A stretch of DNA of 64,000 nt from Patescibacteria group bacterium (GCA_023382875.1 JAHDXH010000003.1:7608-71607), one strand, 5' to 3'. Positions 40,201-47,892 are shown, numbered from the stretch's first letter. The notes: generated by a model from the sequence alone, not told the origin. A program made the numbers and translations.

Positions 40201-43200
40201 CCACGATAACCTTTGCCGGTCATATTAATGGAGCCGCCACTTTGGACATCGAGGGTACCGGCAACTCTAAAGACAAGCAAACCACCAGAAGTGCCATTCC
40301 AATCATTAGCCGTTAATACGCCGCCTGATTGGACAGTGACGTTGTAATATTGAGGAACGCGTTGAACAACCACTTTTTGACCAGTTAAATTAAGATTAGA
40401 GCCGTAACCATAGCTATTGCTAATCGCAGTTTCAAAATAGAGGATTGAGCCAGAAACCAGGGAAACTTTTGCGAATTCGTAGTTTCCAGTATTGGCATAG
40501 GTGGTATTAGTGTCACCTTGAAGGTTGATCAGCATCACCTCATCACCAGCGACGATACCATTGGGGGTGGCAGAAGTAGTCACTGATGAAGAGTTGATAA
40601 CAGAAACAGAGTAAGTAACTGCATCAGCATAGCTTCTGCCCGTGGCTACGATGTCGGTGTTAAGATTCTTGCTGGTGGAAACAGTGATTGAGCCATCGTG
40701 TCCATCTCCGTTATCAATATATTTTTCGATAGTGACTGATCCGTCTAATCCGCCCGATTCAACAGTGCGATAGGTCTCGTTGTTGAAGCCAAATTCGTTT
40801 TGGACATCTTGGACAATGGTGAAGGGGGTATAAGAAGTCCAGTTACCCTGAACATCCATGTTATCAATCACTTTTTCGTTAACGTTTGTAACAATTGGTT
40901 TCCAAGCTTCCCAAGTGCCATCAGTGGAGTTGGCTGTATTTCCAGATCTAGTCATGATTTGGACTTCGCCGTGAGTGTTGAGATTCTCGCTCCACTCTAT
41001 TAAGTCAAAGGAAATTGTATTAGGTGTCTGAATTTCATCAGATGTGAAAATACCGTAGTCTTCGTAAAGACTTAGACTACCAGCTGTAAAAGTCGGATTT
41101 GTGGTGCCAATTGTTGTGATCGCATCAACTTTAATACGACCAGATCCACCTGCGCCACCGTGAGCAAAGCCACCCAGATCGGCATAAACACCTCCATATG
41201 ATGAGCCACCTGTGGTTCCACCAGATCCTCCAATTGCGCTTACACCACCTTGAAGATCAACAGTTTTTCCTTTCAAGTAAATTGTTCCACCAGCTCCACC
41301 TCCACCACCACCTGAAGAAATTGTTTCGCCTGTTGCACCAGATGCGCCACCTAAACCGACAGATGTGATAACTCCATTAGTTGAAGTAATTTTGTTAGCG
41401 CTGATAAAGACAATACCACCACCATCTCCACCAGTTCCACCCACTTTATCCCATGCGCCAGCATAACCAGCTCCACCACCACCACCTGCTGAGCCTAAAT
41501 AAAGTTTGCTTAAATTCGCATCTCCATATGTAGAGGTTCCTGATGCACCGGCGGTAGGACACCCAGTACCAGCTCTTGTTCCACCAGTGCCCGCAGTTCC
41601 ATATCCACCACCATCGCCTCCATTACAGGCAGCACCACCAGCACCACCTGCTTCTGTTTTAGCTGATGTGTGAAGTTCAGCTCCAGGTCCTGTTGTACTT
41701 TCACCTTGATAGGCAACAGTTGCATTTGTTGGGGCACCAATACCACCTCTATATCCAATGCCTGTTGCTGTAATTTGTCCACCAACCTTAACCAGAACTT
41801 CTCCTGATGCTCTAAAGGCAACTAAGCCAGTTTGATAACCAGCAGTGCCAATGGGAGTGGCTGGTATTGATAAAAAGTCATCCCAATCGCCAGCAGTTAT
41901 TATTCCGCCAAACTCAACTGTGACATCATTGTATTGAGGAATACGTTGGATAATGATGTCCTGACCAGATAAATTAGAGTTGCCACCTACGCCGTAGGTA
42001 GATTGAATACTGGAGGTAAAGGCAATGTTAAGTCCAGAAACGGAGCTAACAGTCAAAAATTCATATGTACCAACGTTGGCATAATTGCTTGCATCACCCT
42101 GCATATTAATTAAAATCACTTCGTCGCCAGCTACGATACCATGTGGAGCGTAGTCAGTTGAAACTGCATTAGTAGCAATACCAGTTACTTTATAAGCAAC
42201 ACCGTCAGCGAAGTTTCTTCCAGCTGCAATAATGTCTGAGTTTATATTTTTGGTAGCTGAAACAGTGGCATCTCCATCCGCACCAGTGCCGGTGTTAGTG
42301 GTTTTAGTGAGTTCTAATGCTGGAGTAGCTGAGGCAGTTGCATTGACAAATGCACCTTCTAAAAATTCTTGTCTGGTGTCTTCAACAACATCTGATGTAG
42401 GGTTAGCTCTACTGAACCAGTCATTAACAGAATCGTAGGTGTAAGTAGAAAGATTTGTATCAACGCCAGTTATTCCTTCAAATTCATCAGCGACACCATC
42501 TTGGAACAGTTCATAAAGCGAGCCATCTGATTGTTGTAGTCGCAAAGAGTTTAGGAAAATATTGGTTGTGTCGCCAAGAGAGATGTTCATTAATTCGTTA
42601 AGAGCAGCAATGATGGAGTTGGTAGTAAAACCAGCATGGAGTTGGGTGGTGCCGGTTTCAGATAGGGCAATTTGGCTGGTTAAGTGAGAATCTTTGAAAG
42701 TTAGGTCTGTACCGTCACCAGAGACATAGGTGTTGGTGTTGTAAAGGTAGATTTGACCACCTTCTAATTTGCCATCGCCAGCGGCATTGAGCGATGTACC
42801 TGTGGCAGCTGGATCTAAATAGTAGGCAGAGTTAGCTAAGTCAACGAAGCGTTGAGAGTGAACATAGCCATCATTATCAATGCGCATTCTAGTTAGACCA
42901 GATCTAGAAGCAGTGAAAATGTCTTGATTGCCTAACTCATTAATTTGAACCAAGGCTTGTCCGGTAACTGCGCCTTCAACGTCGAGTTTTGCTTCTGGAG
43001 TGTTGTCACCAATACCAGTGTTGCCGTTGGCATTAACTCTGAATAACTCGGTAAGACCTCCATTAGTGTTGATGGTGAAGTTTTCAATAGTGTCGTTGTT
43101 GTCGTCATCAAGGTCGATTTTTACATTGAGGTAGGAGTTGATGCCAATACCACTATTAATGAAGTCGATGTTGTTGTAAGGGTTGTAGGTCGTACCAAGT

Positions 43201-46200
43201 AGTTGAGTTAGGTAAACATCGCCATCATTTTCAATTTTGAATTTAGTGACGCCAGAAGCAGAAGCAGCAAAGATATCTTGATTTTCAGTTTGGTTAATAA
43301 TTACGGCAGCTTTGCCTCTAGTTTCTGATCCGGCTAGAGAGATTTTGGCTGAGTTGGTAGCAATGTTACCAAGGTTAATTTCATAGCTTGTTTGAGTAGG
43401 TGAAAGGGCACCGCTATTAAGCTGCCAATAGCTGGCGCCGCCTGTCATGCTGACCCAAGTTGTACCGTTATAGTAGTAAACGCCATCATTGGTAGTGTTG
43501 TAATAGAGAGCGCCATCGCCCATAGCAGTTGGATCGCCAGCGAAGTTGGCTAGTTGTAGTTGACCGCCTAGTTTTAATGATCCAGATAGAGTGGCGTTGC
43601 CACCATAATCAATAGCAAAGCGAGTAATACCAGATGATGATGCAGTGAAGATATCTTGATTTTCAGTTTGGTTAATGATGACAGCAGCTTTGCCGCGATC
43701 CAAAGCACCAGCTAAGGAAACTTTAGCTGAGGCGGTAGAAATACTACCAATATTGACGTCAGCGCCAGTTGAAAAAGGTGAAATGGTGCCATTATTGAGT
43801 TGCCAGTAAGCGTTACTAGCCAGACCAATATCGGTCCAGTTACCACCAGAGAATTTATATTGTAAAGTGCCAGCGTTGTCTCTGAAACCGTAGCCACCTG
43901 TGCCATCAGTGTCACCCCAATTAAGGTAGGAGTTGGCAGCTAAATTAATGTTACCATCAACTTCTAAGATCCCTTCCACAAATAAATCATTATCGTCATT
44001 GGTAATATCACCAGCGTTGGTGTTGGAAATTGAGTTGTAGTTGGCACCAGTCAAACCACCAATGTTGAAGACATTATTGTTGGCAAAATTGATTTGACCG
44101 CCAAAAGAATCAAATTGGAGGTCGCCAGAAACATTGCTGATGGTGTGACCAACCCCACCCACAGCAACGATGTTGCCACTTGAGTTGACTTGGAAAAGGT
44201 CGCCAGCTCCAACAGAGAGAAGGGAAGTTGGACTAGAATCGCCAATACCAACATTGCCGTTATTGGCAATGACAAATCTAGTTGTGCCAGAGGCAGAGGC
44301 AGTAAAGATGTCTTGATTTTCAGTTTGGTTAACGATCAATGCAGACATACCTCTGGTTAAGGAGCTAGCAATGGAAACTTTGGCAGAGCTGGTAGCAGTT
44401 GCACCAAAGTTGACGTCGGTGGTTAAGGAGAATGGACTAAGTACACCATCGTTCAACTGCCAGTAACCACCACTACCTCCTGAACTAAAATCAAGCCAAG
44501 AGCCGCTGCTGTTTTTGAATTGTAAAATACCGGCGTTGTCTCTAATACCATAACCTGATGAACCTAAAACTGTGCCCCAGTTAATATAGTTGCCAGTAGC
44601 CAAACCAATATCGCCGGTCACACCTAGGTTGCCATCATAATCAATGGTAAATTTGGTTGCACCAGAGGCAGAGGCAGTAAAGATGTCTTGATTTTCAGTT
44701 TGGTTAACGATCAAAGCAGACATACCACGATTTAAAGCACCGGAGATAGAAACTTTAGCTGAAGTGGTGGCAGTGTCACCGATGTTTAAACCTAGGCCAA
44801 GATAACTTGGGGAAAGCATACCATCGGTTAGTTGCCAAAAGTCACCGGCAGTGTTGGAACCCCAAATCAAGTTGCCAGAGCCATCATTCATTAAGACTGT
44901 GCCAGTGGCTCCTGCAGCATCTGGAAGGGTATAGATAATATCGGTACTAAGCAGGGATGGAGCTCTGAATCCAGTGTAGTTAGTTCCATTTGAAGCACTT
45001 TCTCTTAATCTTAAAGAGGCTTGATCGCCAACGATGATATTACTACTCGTGAGCAGTTCGCCGATATTTCCTGTTGATGCTAATGAGCCAACTGCAAAAG
45101 ATCCATCAACTCTAAGGTCATCACTGAACCTTAAATCGGCGGTGTCATCGTAGAAATATCTATTATTGGTACCAATATATAATCGGTCATTAATCTCAAT
45201 GCCAAGACCAGCGGTAGAGAATAAAACTGGATTATTGCCGTCTAAATCAATCGAAAGATCGGTGTTGATACCACCATTTCCACCCCCAAAAACTAAGAAA
45301 TCATCGGTTGAGTTAGAAATGTACTCAGAATTTGCTAGGGTAAGATTGCCATTGTTAGCGATAGTGAACTTAGCAACACCAGATGCTGAGGCAGCAAAGA
45401 TTGGTTGGTTTTCAGTTTGGTTGATGATAGCTGCAGCTTTACCTCTAGTTAATGAGCCTGCTAGAGAGACTTTGGCTGAATCAGTAGAAGTTCCGCCAAT
45501 ATTGACGTCAGCAGTAATATAACGAGGAGTTAGGGTGCCATTAAAGAATTCCCAGTAAGTGTTGCCAGCTACGCCAAAATCAGTCCAAGTGCCACTACTG
45601 TTTTTGAATTGGAGAGTACCAGCGTTGTCTCTAACGCCATAGCCAGAAGTTCCATCTACATCGCCCCAGTTAATATAACCACTAGCATCCAAACCAATAT
45701 TTCCGGCAACATCTAATCTGTGATCTGGAGTAGCATCACCCAGTCCTACAAATCCATTAGAACCTTCAATAAATAAGGCAGCTACATCAGTGTCACTTTC
45801 AACTCTAAAGTCAACGTTACCACCTTGTTCATTAAAAACAGCTGCACCAGTATTGCTGAGCCAAATACCGGCACTACTAGTGGAGTTACCACCGATGGCC
45901 AGATCATCACTCCAGTATTGGGTGGGGTGGATGAGGTTGCCTAGTTCTGACCAGAAGGCGTTGCCAGCACTGAAGTTGTAAACATTGTTAATAGCATCAA
46001 CAATTCCTTGTGGAAGGGATGGGTTTAATTGTGTGTCGACTAAACTTAGTGGCAAGTCTGTAACTCGAGCATCACTAAACAAAATGTCAGAGGTAGCCTC
46101 CAAGGACAAAGTACCACCAGAAATAGTAAAGGTTCCAGACACTGATTTTAAAGTTGGATTATTTTCACCAAGAGTAACATTGCCACCAGCGTCCATAACT

Positions 46201-47297
46201 AAAATAGTGTTAGCGGTAGCTGACTGGGTGGAATTGATCGGGAAGCCTTGGACAGTTTCTGAATTAACGGCAAAAGGAACAGTTCTGATTGGTTGGCGAG
46301 GAGTAAGAGTTTCACTATCAACGATCACTTCAAGCCACAAAGCTGAGTTCTCGGTGAAGACAGCATCATCAATCTCGATGCCACAGTCATCGCCAATGCC
46401 AACATTAAAGATACCATCTTGATCTGGAGTCACACTACAAGAGCCAGTTTGGTACTTACAATCAGTTGTCCCATCGCAAGAGCCTTCTGTGCCGCCAGTT
46501 AATTGGTCCCAAATTTTGAATTCCATTGGGGTAGGAATGGTAACAGGATTTTGAGCAGTGTCAGTCAAGCGACCTTGGAATGATAAAACGCGGTTAGCTC
46601 TAGTTGGAGTAGAGGGGTAAGCAAAAGAAACAGGTGTTTCTTTGACCAACTGGTTATAACCAAGAAAACCAAGTCCAATGAAGAACAAGATCATTAAACC
46701 AAGGTTTAAATATGGCAAAATTAAGTTGGTGGTAGAAGCAAAACTCTTTTTACTGTCGGGTTTTACTTGTGCTGCGAATTGACTGACTAACTTGGTGTCA
46801 GTAATTTTAGCGCTGCTATCTTGCTTATCTTGCTTGGCTAATTGGTCGATTTTGTTGGAATTTTTATTTTTGAAGATATTGAATAAGCCCCTTTTGGTTT
46901 CTTGAGCTTTGTTTGGGTCAACTTTGGTATTTAAAAGCGAATTAATACTGGTTTGATCCATCCAGGAGATATCTTGATCAATCAAACCTTGGTCTTCACA
47001 CCATAAAGCGAATTGAGTGATTGAGGCAATTTTTCTAGTGACGCTCGAATCTTTCAAACCCTTGCCATGTTGAGCTAAGACAAAATCTTTGAGTGATTGG
47101 CGAGTGAATAAATCTTCAAGTTCTTCAATTTCCATGAACTTGTAAAACTGACGAATGTCAGAACGGTAGTTTCTGATGGTAGCGCTAGAACAGTGCTGAC
47201 TGCTTAGGGCCGTCAAAAAATTAATCAAACTTGCTTCAATTTGAGGTGAAGTGAAGTTGCTTTCAACGCTGGTATTAATTTGACTTTGGGCAGTCAT
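31290..47297 (-). CDS. Giant (5335 aa) repeat-rich cell-surface protein with N-terminal cytoplasmic tyrosine-recombinase SAM-like (core-binding-like) domain and single TM helix
   Basis: Uninterrupted 16-kb ORF. Residues 20-105 (FLTALSSQHCSSATIRNYRSDIRQFYKFM...ITQFALWCEDQGL) resemble the phage-integrase/XerD N-terminal domain. A TM helix lies at about aa 192-213, followed by about 5100 aa of Gly/Thr/Ser/Asn-rich beta-type repeats. Confidence 0.75.
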   Translation of the reverse strand: MTAQSQINTSVESNFTSPQIEASLINFLTALSSQHCSSATIRNYRSDIRQFYKFMEIEELEDLFTRQSLKDFVLAQHGKGLKDSSVTRKIASITQFALWCEDQGLIDQDISWMDQTSINSLLNTKVDPNKAQETKRGLFNIFKNKNSNKIDQLAKQDKQDSSAKITDTKLVSQFAAQVKPDSKKSFASTTNLILPYLNLGLMILFFIGLGFLGYNQLVKETPVSFAYPSTPTRANRVLSFQGRLTDTAQNPVTIPTPMEFKIWDQLTGGTEGSCDGTTDCKYQTGSCSVTPDQDGIFNVGIGDDCGIEIDDAVFTENSALWLEVIVDSETLTPRQPIRTVPFAVNSETVQGFPINSTQSATANTILVMDAGGNVTLGENNPTLKSVSGTFTISGGTLSLEATSDILFSDARVTDLPLSLVDTQLNPSLPQGIVDAINNVYNFSAGNAFWSELGNLIHPTQYWSDDLAIGGNSTSSAGIWLSNTGAAVFNEQGGNVDFRVESDTDVAALFIEGSNGFVGLGDATPDHRLDVAGNIGLDASGYINWGDVDGTSGYGVRDNAGTLQFKNSSGTWTDFGVAGNTYWEFFNGTLTPRYITADVNIGGTSTDSAKVSLAGSLTRGKAAAIINQTENQPIFAASASGVAKFTIANNGNLTLANSEYISNSTDDFLVFGGGNGGINTDLSIDLDGNNPVLFSTAGLGIEINDRLYIGTNNRYFYDDTADLRFSDDLRVDGSFAVGSLASTGNIGELLTSSNIIVGDQASLRLRESASNGTNYTGFRAPSLLSTDIIYTLPDAAGATGTVLMNDGSGNLIWGSNTAGDFWQLTDGMLSPSYLGLGLNIGDTATTSAKVSISGALNRGMSALIVNQTENQDIFTASASGATKFTIDYDGNLGVTGDIGLATGNYINWGTVLGSSGYGIRDNAGILQFKNSSGSWLDFSSGGSGGYWQLNDGVLSPFSLTTDVNFGATATSSAKVSIASSLTRGMSALIVNQTENQDIFTASASGTTRFVIANNGNVGIGDSSPTSLLSVGAGDLFQVNSSGNIVAVGGVGHTISNVSGDLQFDSFGGQINFANNNVFNIGGLTGANYNSISNTNAGDITNDDNDLFVEGILEVDGNINLAANSYLNWGDTDGTGGYGFRDNAGTLQYKFSGGNWTDIGLASNAYWQLNNGTISPFSTGADVNIGSISTASAKVSLAGALDRGKAAVIINQTENQDIFTASSSGITRFAIDYGGNATLSGSLKLGGQLQLANFAGDPTAMGDGALYYNTTNDGVYYYNGTTWVSMTGGASYWQLNSGALSPTQTSYEINLGNIATNSAKISLAGSETRGKAAVIINQTENQDIFAASASGVTKFKIENDGDVYLTQLLGTTYNPYNNIDFINSGIGINSYLNVKIDLDDDNNDTIENFTINTNGGLTELFRVNANGNTGIGDNTPEAKLDVEGAVTGQALVQINELGNQDIFTASRSGLTRMRIDNDGYVHSQRFVDLANSAYYLDPAATGTSLNAAGDGKLEGGQIYLYNTNTYVSGDGTDLTFKDSHLTSQIALSETGTTQLHAGFTTNSIIAALNELMNISLGDTTNIFLNSLRLQQSDGSLYELFQDGVADEFEGITGVDTNLSTYTYDSVNDWFSRANPTSDVVEDTRQEFLEGAFVNATASATPALELTKTTNTGTGADGDATVSATKNINSDIIAAGRNFADGVAYKVTGIATNAVSTDYAPHGIVAGDEVILINMQGDASNYANVGTYEFLTVSSVSGLNIAFTSSIQSTYGVGGNSNLSGQDIIIQRIPQYNDVTVEFGGIITAGDWDDFLSIPATPIGTAGYQTGLVAFRASGEVLVKVGGQITATGIGYRGGIGAPTNATVAYQGESTTGPGAELHTSAKTEAGGAGGAACNGGDGGGYGTAGTGGTRAGTGCPTAGASGTSTYGDANLSKLYLGSAGGGGGAGYAGAWDKVGGTGGDGGGIVFISANKITSTNGVITSVGLGGASGATGETISSGGGGGGAGGTIYLKGKTVDLQGGVSAIGGSGGTTGGSSYGGVYADLGGFAHGGAGGSGRIKVDAITTIGTTNPTFTAGSLSLYEDYGIFTSDEIQTPNTISFDLIEWSENLNTHGEVQIMTRSGNTANSTDGTWEAWKPIVTNVNEKVIDNMDVQGNWTSYTPFTIVQDVQNEFGFNNETYRTVESGGLDGSVTIEKYIDNGDGHDGSITVSTSKNLNTDIVATGRSYADAVTYSVSVINSSSVTTSATPNGIVAGDEVMLINLQGDTNTTYANTGNYEFAKVSLVSGSILYFETAISNSYGYGSNLNLTGQKVVVQRVPQYYNVTVQSGGVLTANDWNGTSGGLLVFRVAGTLDVQSGGSINMTGKGYRGGAGSASNAVLSYRGESTGGVNDTQTATPTTEGGGGGTLICQGGGGGGYGANGISGNRSGSSCSNYANLGSSYGDANLAKLNLGSGGGGGGGGYGGAWNILGGTGGDGGGIVYISANTITSSAGSVVNNGTDGGAGGAGDTIPAGGGGGGAGGAIYLAGNVVNVSGTITASGGSGGVTNVGSYGSPYTELNGGRSNGGNGGVGRIRVDANRVAGSTTPTYTNGTSLNNYHPFGVFTSSELQATSAAVLDMVSWTESLGNVGEIQVQTRTGNSTDATDGTWEAWKPVVNGTNEVTLDTMNTHTSWTGTNTTVAEGDTTRNIDNYEDEDEATAGNIAKFSTSTEGGYAERDLGAGNEVNLTSYDYISFWVRSDVTSDKLTFSFGEATGDEQSEVVTIDQVNVWQKIYWDISDIAAASRDNVRYLRVTNNDIPAVVYYLDNIKGGRYITSDAGYQIPSTVNNYIQYRVILSTTNVTAAPTLENLTLNYRSSTAHTMVLEGDATRNIDFFEDEDESTVGNITKVSFTAQNGYVQRDLGLGNEVDLSNYDYISFWMKNSESGKKWTISMGENSYVELNQTLDAPANTWQKFYWDLTDISTASRNAIRYFRLTQVDSGSTTVYLDDLAANRYESSPTNGTISSTAANYIQYRVILSTTTNTVTPTVTSVTINYTDQLGHTDNTQSAFDTGSTKFQSESTVGNTIQTSKNRPFVGLGEDGSITVSTSKNINTDAIASGRAYADGASYSISSLNTNVATTSAVPNGIKNGDEVMLINLQGDATNYSNVGTYEFLTVESVNSTRIKFTTNITGTYGVGGNANLTGQKIIVQRVPHYNNVTISYGGTLTANDWNGTSGGLLVFRASGTVNVQGGGYINMNDKGYRGGAGYNVAGEPAFRGESTSLLNDTRTPTPTVQGGGGGGAAGCQGGGGGAYGSTGAVGQRSGANCGNGANNTTAYGDANLGKLHMGSGGGGGGVGYNGAWGILGGTGGDGGGIVYISANTISVEDGVSLDGTLSSNGGGGGAGGTGDTIPAGGGGGGAGGTIYLKADVVSIPVNTTAAAGAGGVTNVGTYGAGWTDLNGGLASGGNGSVGRIKIDANSITGTTSPTYVAGSNSGYYYPYSVFTSNEINTAGASAYDSLTWLANLGTGGMVQFMTRSGSTPDSTDGTWQEWRPLYASNEAVLQTSNTHGDWVGYTPLSKIDDTRAEFDATSVDKFRVSSDTTPSLKLDRYIDDGDGSDGAITLSGSKNINVETIATGRVTYADGIAYKVDASTITGSTLTTTNTPNGIVAGDEVLLINMQGAAGDYADVGNYEFLEVASVVGSALTFKSAVVNSYDGTTPANQKVIIQRIPQYTNVTIQSGGTLTASGWDGLTTTPSGSSGYFTGIVAFRATGTVDVQLNGQINVNYLGYRGGAGYNVAAQPAFRAESTAQLNDTRTATPATEGGGGGGGGYCQGGGGGAYGTAGAVGQRSGTSCANNANNPSAYGDANLNKINLGSGGGGGGVGYNGAWTVLGGAGGNGGGIVFISANAVEVDTHPVSTHGKILANGNGGGAGGTGDTIPAGGGGGGAGGAIYIQANYTDLSGDVTASGGTGGQTNSGSYGAPWTDNGTYSHGGNGGSGRVRVDTNELTTGTATTPTYTAGITNRPLHRYGIYTSDELSTNSAADFKDIEWFENINTSYSDVQVQTRSGNTADSTTGTWEAWRPVTGGVNTVSIENMNTHTNWTGTNVTVADGDVTRNNNFYEDEDEATAGNATKFTSSTVNGYAARDLGAGNEVNLSNYNYVSFWIRADRDNTTFKLGMGEAAATEQEETVIIDAADTWQKVYWDLSDMTAAARDSIRYLRITYLDDTTGSVNFYLDNITGAEVLTEPTGSDITSSAGNYVQYRLIFSTTDTTSTLAAPAVYSVKVNYVTPSAVFYSQEGDVTRNVDGYEDEDEPTATNVTRVVASSTESDGNFVEAIIPSTDLTNYDYLSFWIRTSASATEIPMRIGFGELESDEQQMDFVVETPFQWQKVFFDISDIPAANKNAVTKLRVTNLAPYINDIYIDDFTANRYITNSGYQPNTTANNYVQYRAILTSTDTSSFPSISQVSIAYSGESNVVSEDFEANVLPRRANLISWADLGTGSIDYWASRDNGVTWTPVTMTQQATESGDLKIFSGFADLTSQPEGTTMRWKARINGNAILKSMAMRWESGGGADLAEWYPTTDKTISAAEVVSADTTSTQSGYIVRTAKAYDPAVIGVISTAPGLQIGEKAENTKRVALAGRVPVKIASDSAAILPGDFITSSNVPGRAMKAQKTGYTIGKAVEAWTPGSGKDWVMMFVNLGTYLDGKDIGGVDNASLEEIFGEETQQAINVVNASGSSEIANSPESTISGQINEATNSGEIASNSAQLNPNTATASATLVKESLTSRLKKLADERLDAFLGWTKTEATISGEVLEGTTTNSNFDSITKYQSDLFEAKNKFVTYGETVKNTVGATTINAYGSLNAAGATIYGKLIAGSVEVYGKFTAVSGQFLDLFSNIVRTNNLQTNMISPIADDGSIHVRLGENKDASSSAKPALVIENSAGSSVTSIDKDGNIITLGTIISKENKTSTVTAEVIYTKDASISGDLDASSARIQELEARIAQVEQIKAETAEIVNATVSGTLFAENIDRFSEKVAAAIEEPSLLAKLSGSANQNTVESVESYFASRSAFLADIDTSSPSRLALSDLTLDEDALVIDADAIYVDQYLDVNGSAFVAEKLGIGQSLVLSDSMFVTAGSIDFAPTGVEKPVLALQPSGKGVLSLMGNLFTLDDTGLAQLTGNLEVSGDVKVGGTLLANLMKLNDYNNPFQVQLATKSGDVLGETVQESRFEIVNELGVPVATISAQGKAEFASGLGIGSEELQVASDSGTIESEKTSGTATIKANSNEIVIKSKIVTGKSLIYLTPLGSTNNQVLYVKEIATDNPETPEVESSFKVGFDYPVNNDLKFNWWIVN
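35000..42300 (-). repeat. Four about 500-700-aa tandem modules inside the giant gene, each containing a PNGIVAGDEV..LIN[LM]QGD block, a poly-Gly block (GGGGGGAGG[TA]IYL) and an EW.ENL......Q..TRSGNT..STDGTWEAW block. Modules 2 and 4 are each followed by two Y/FEDEDE-containing beta-sandwich-like domains.
   Basis: Poly-Gly codon blocks (ccaccnccacc on the plus strand) occur at about 35520, 37120, 39760 and 41290. The ttcatcttcatcttc (EDEDE) motif occurs at about 34425, 34985, 38665 and 39215. Confidence 0.7.
42850..45520 (-). repeat. Six tandem about 120-240-aa protein repeats (SAKVS[LI]AG..R[GM].A..I[IV]NQTENQDIF) interleaved with four GYINWGDVDGTSGYG[VIF]RDNAGTLQFK units inside the giant gene
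   Basis: The nucleotide motif gatrtcttgattttcagtttggttaa recurs near 43290, 43660, 44330, 44690 and 45400 on the plus strand. Confidence 0.7.
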
Positions 47298-47365
47298 TTT
47301 TTTTGTGAAAAAAACTGTGATTTTTGCAGTGCCGTATGGGGCTTAGTTTTTTTCTTAGCTGGTGC

Positions 47366-47388
47366 TGTCTAACCAGATTGGTTAGACA
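47366..47388. promoter_or_regulatory. Perfect 10-3-10 palindrome (TGTCTAACCA gat TGGTTAGACA) 70-90 nt upstream of the giant-gene start codon
   Basis: Inverted repeat read directly from the sequence. It lies in the divergent intergenic region between the giant gene (minus) and a putative wHTH gene (plus). Confidence 0.3.
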
Positions 47389-47892
47389 CTTTTTTGCAGC
47401 TAAATTAATCTTAGCCTCTCTTGAGGTGGTGGGTCAATGGATCATTTGCGAACATAAGGAGAAATTAATCCGGAAAAAATGATGCAAAAATTAAGTTATC
47501 AACAATGCTGGAATTTCTTTTTTTTAGATCAAAAAAACTAGTAGTCAAAAAAGACTGAAGTAGGTCGACTATTTATCTTTGGCTTTGTGGGAGCTTTCAA
47601 AAAAAATAAAAGCAAGTCACTAATTATCAACGGCATTTCCTAGTGTGAATGTGTTTAAAAAAGTGGTAGTTTGTGAAGTGATAAAAAACAAAACTAGAGT
47701 GAATAAGTGAAAACCAGATGTATATATTTTTGTTATTAACAAATTGAATAGCGAAAAACATTAATTAGATACTTTTGGGTCACCTGTTTGTGAATAACTT
47801 TATTAAAGTGTGGGGATTAAGGTATATATATTATTTGCAATCTGTGCAATTTTCGGTTAATTTAGTCAATAAACTATAGGTATTTTTGGTAA

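Noticed and set aside
35000-45520. Possible CRISPR array suggested by highly regular short nucleotide repeats
   Set aside because: The repeats are in-frame codon repeats within a protein-coding gene. There is no repeat-spacer periodicity and no cas genes.
32833-46422. Numerous 60-170-aa ORFs on the plus strand and in alternate minus frames inside the giant gene (for example 35496-35687, 37088-37594, 41510-41821, 45985-46422)
   Set aside because: They are translations of the Gly/Thr codon repeats in other frames (poly-V, poly-P, poly-L artefacts) and lie fully inside a much longer coherent ORF.
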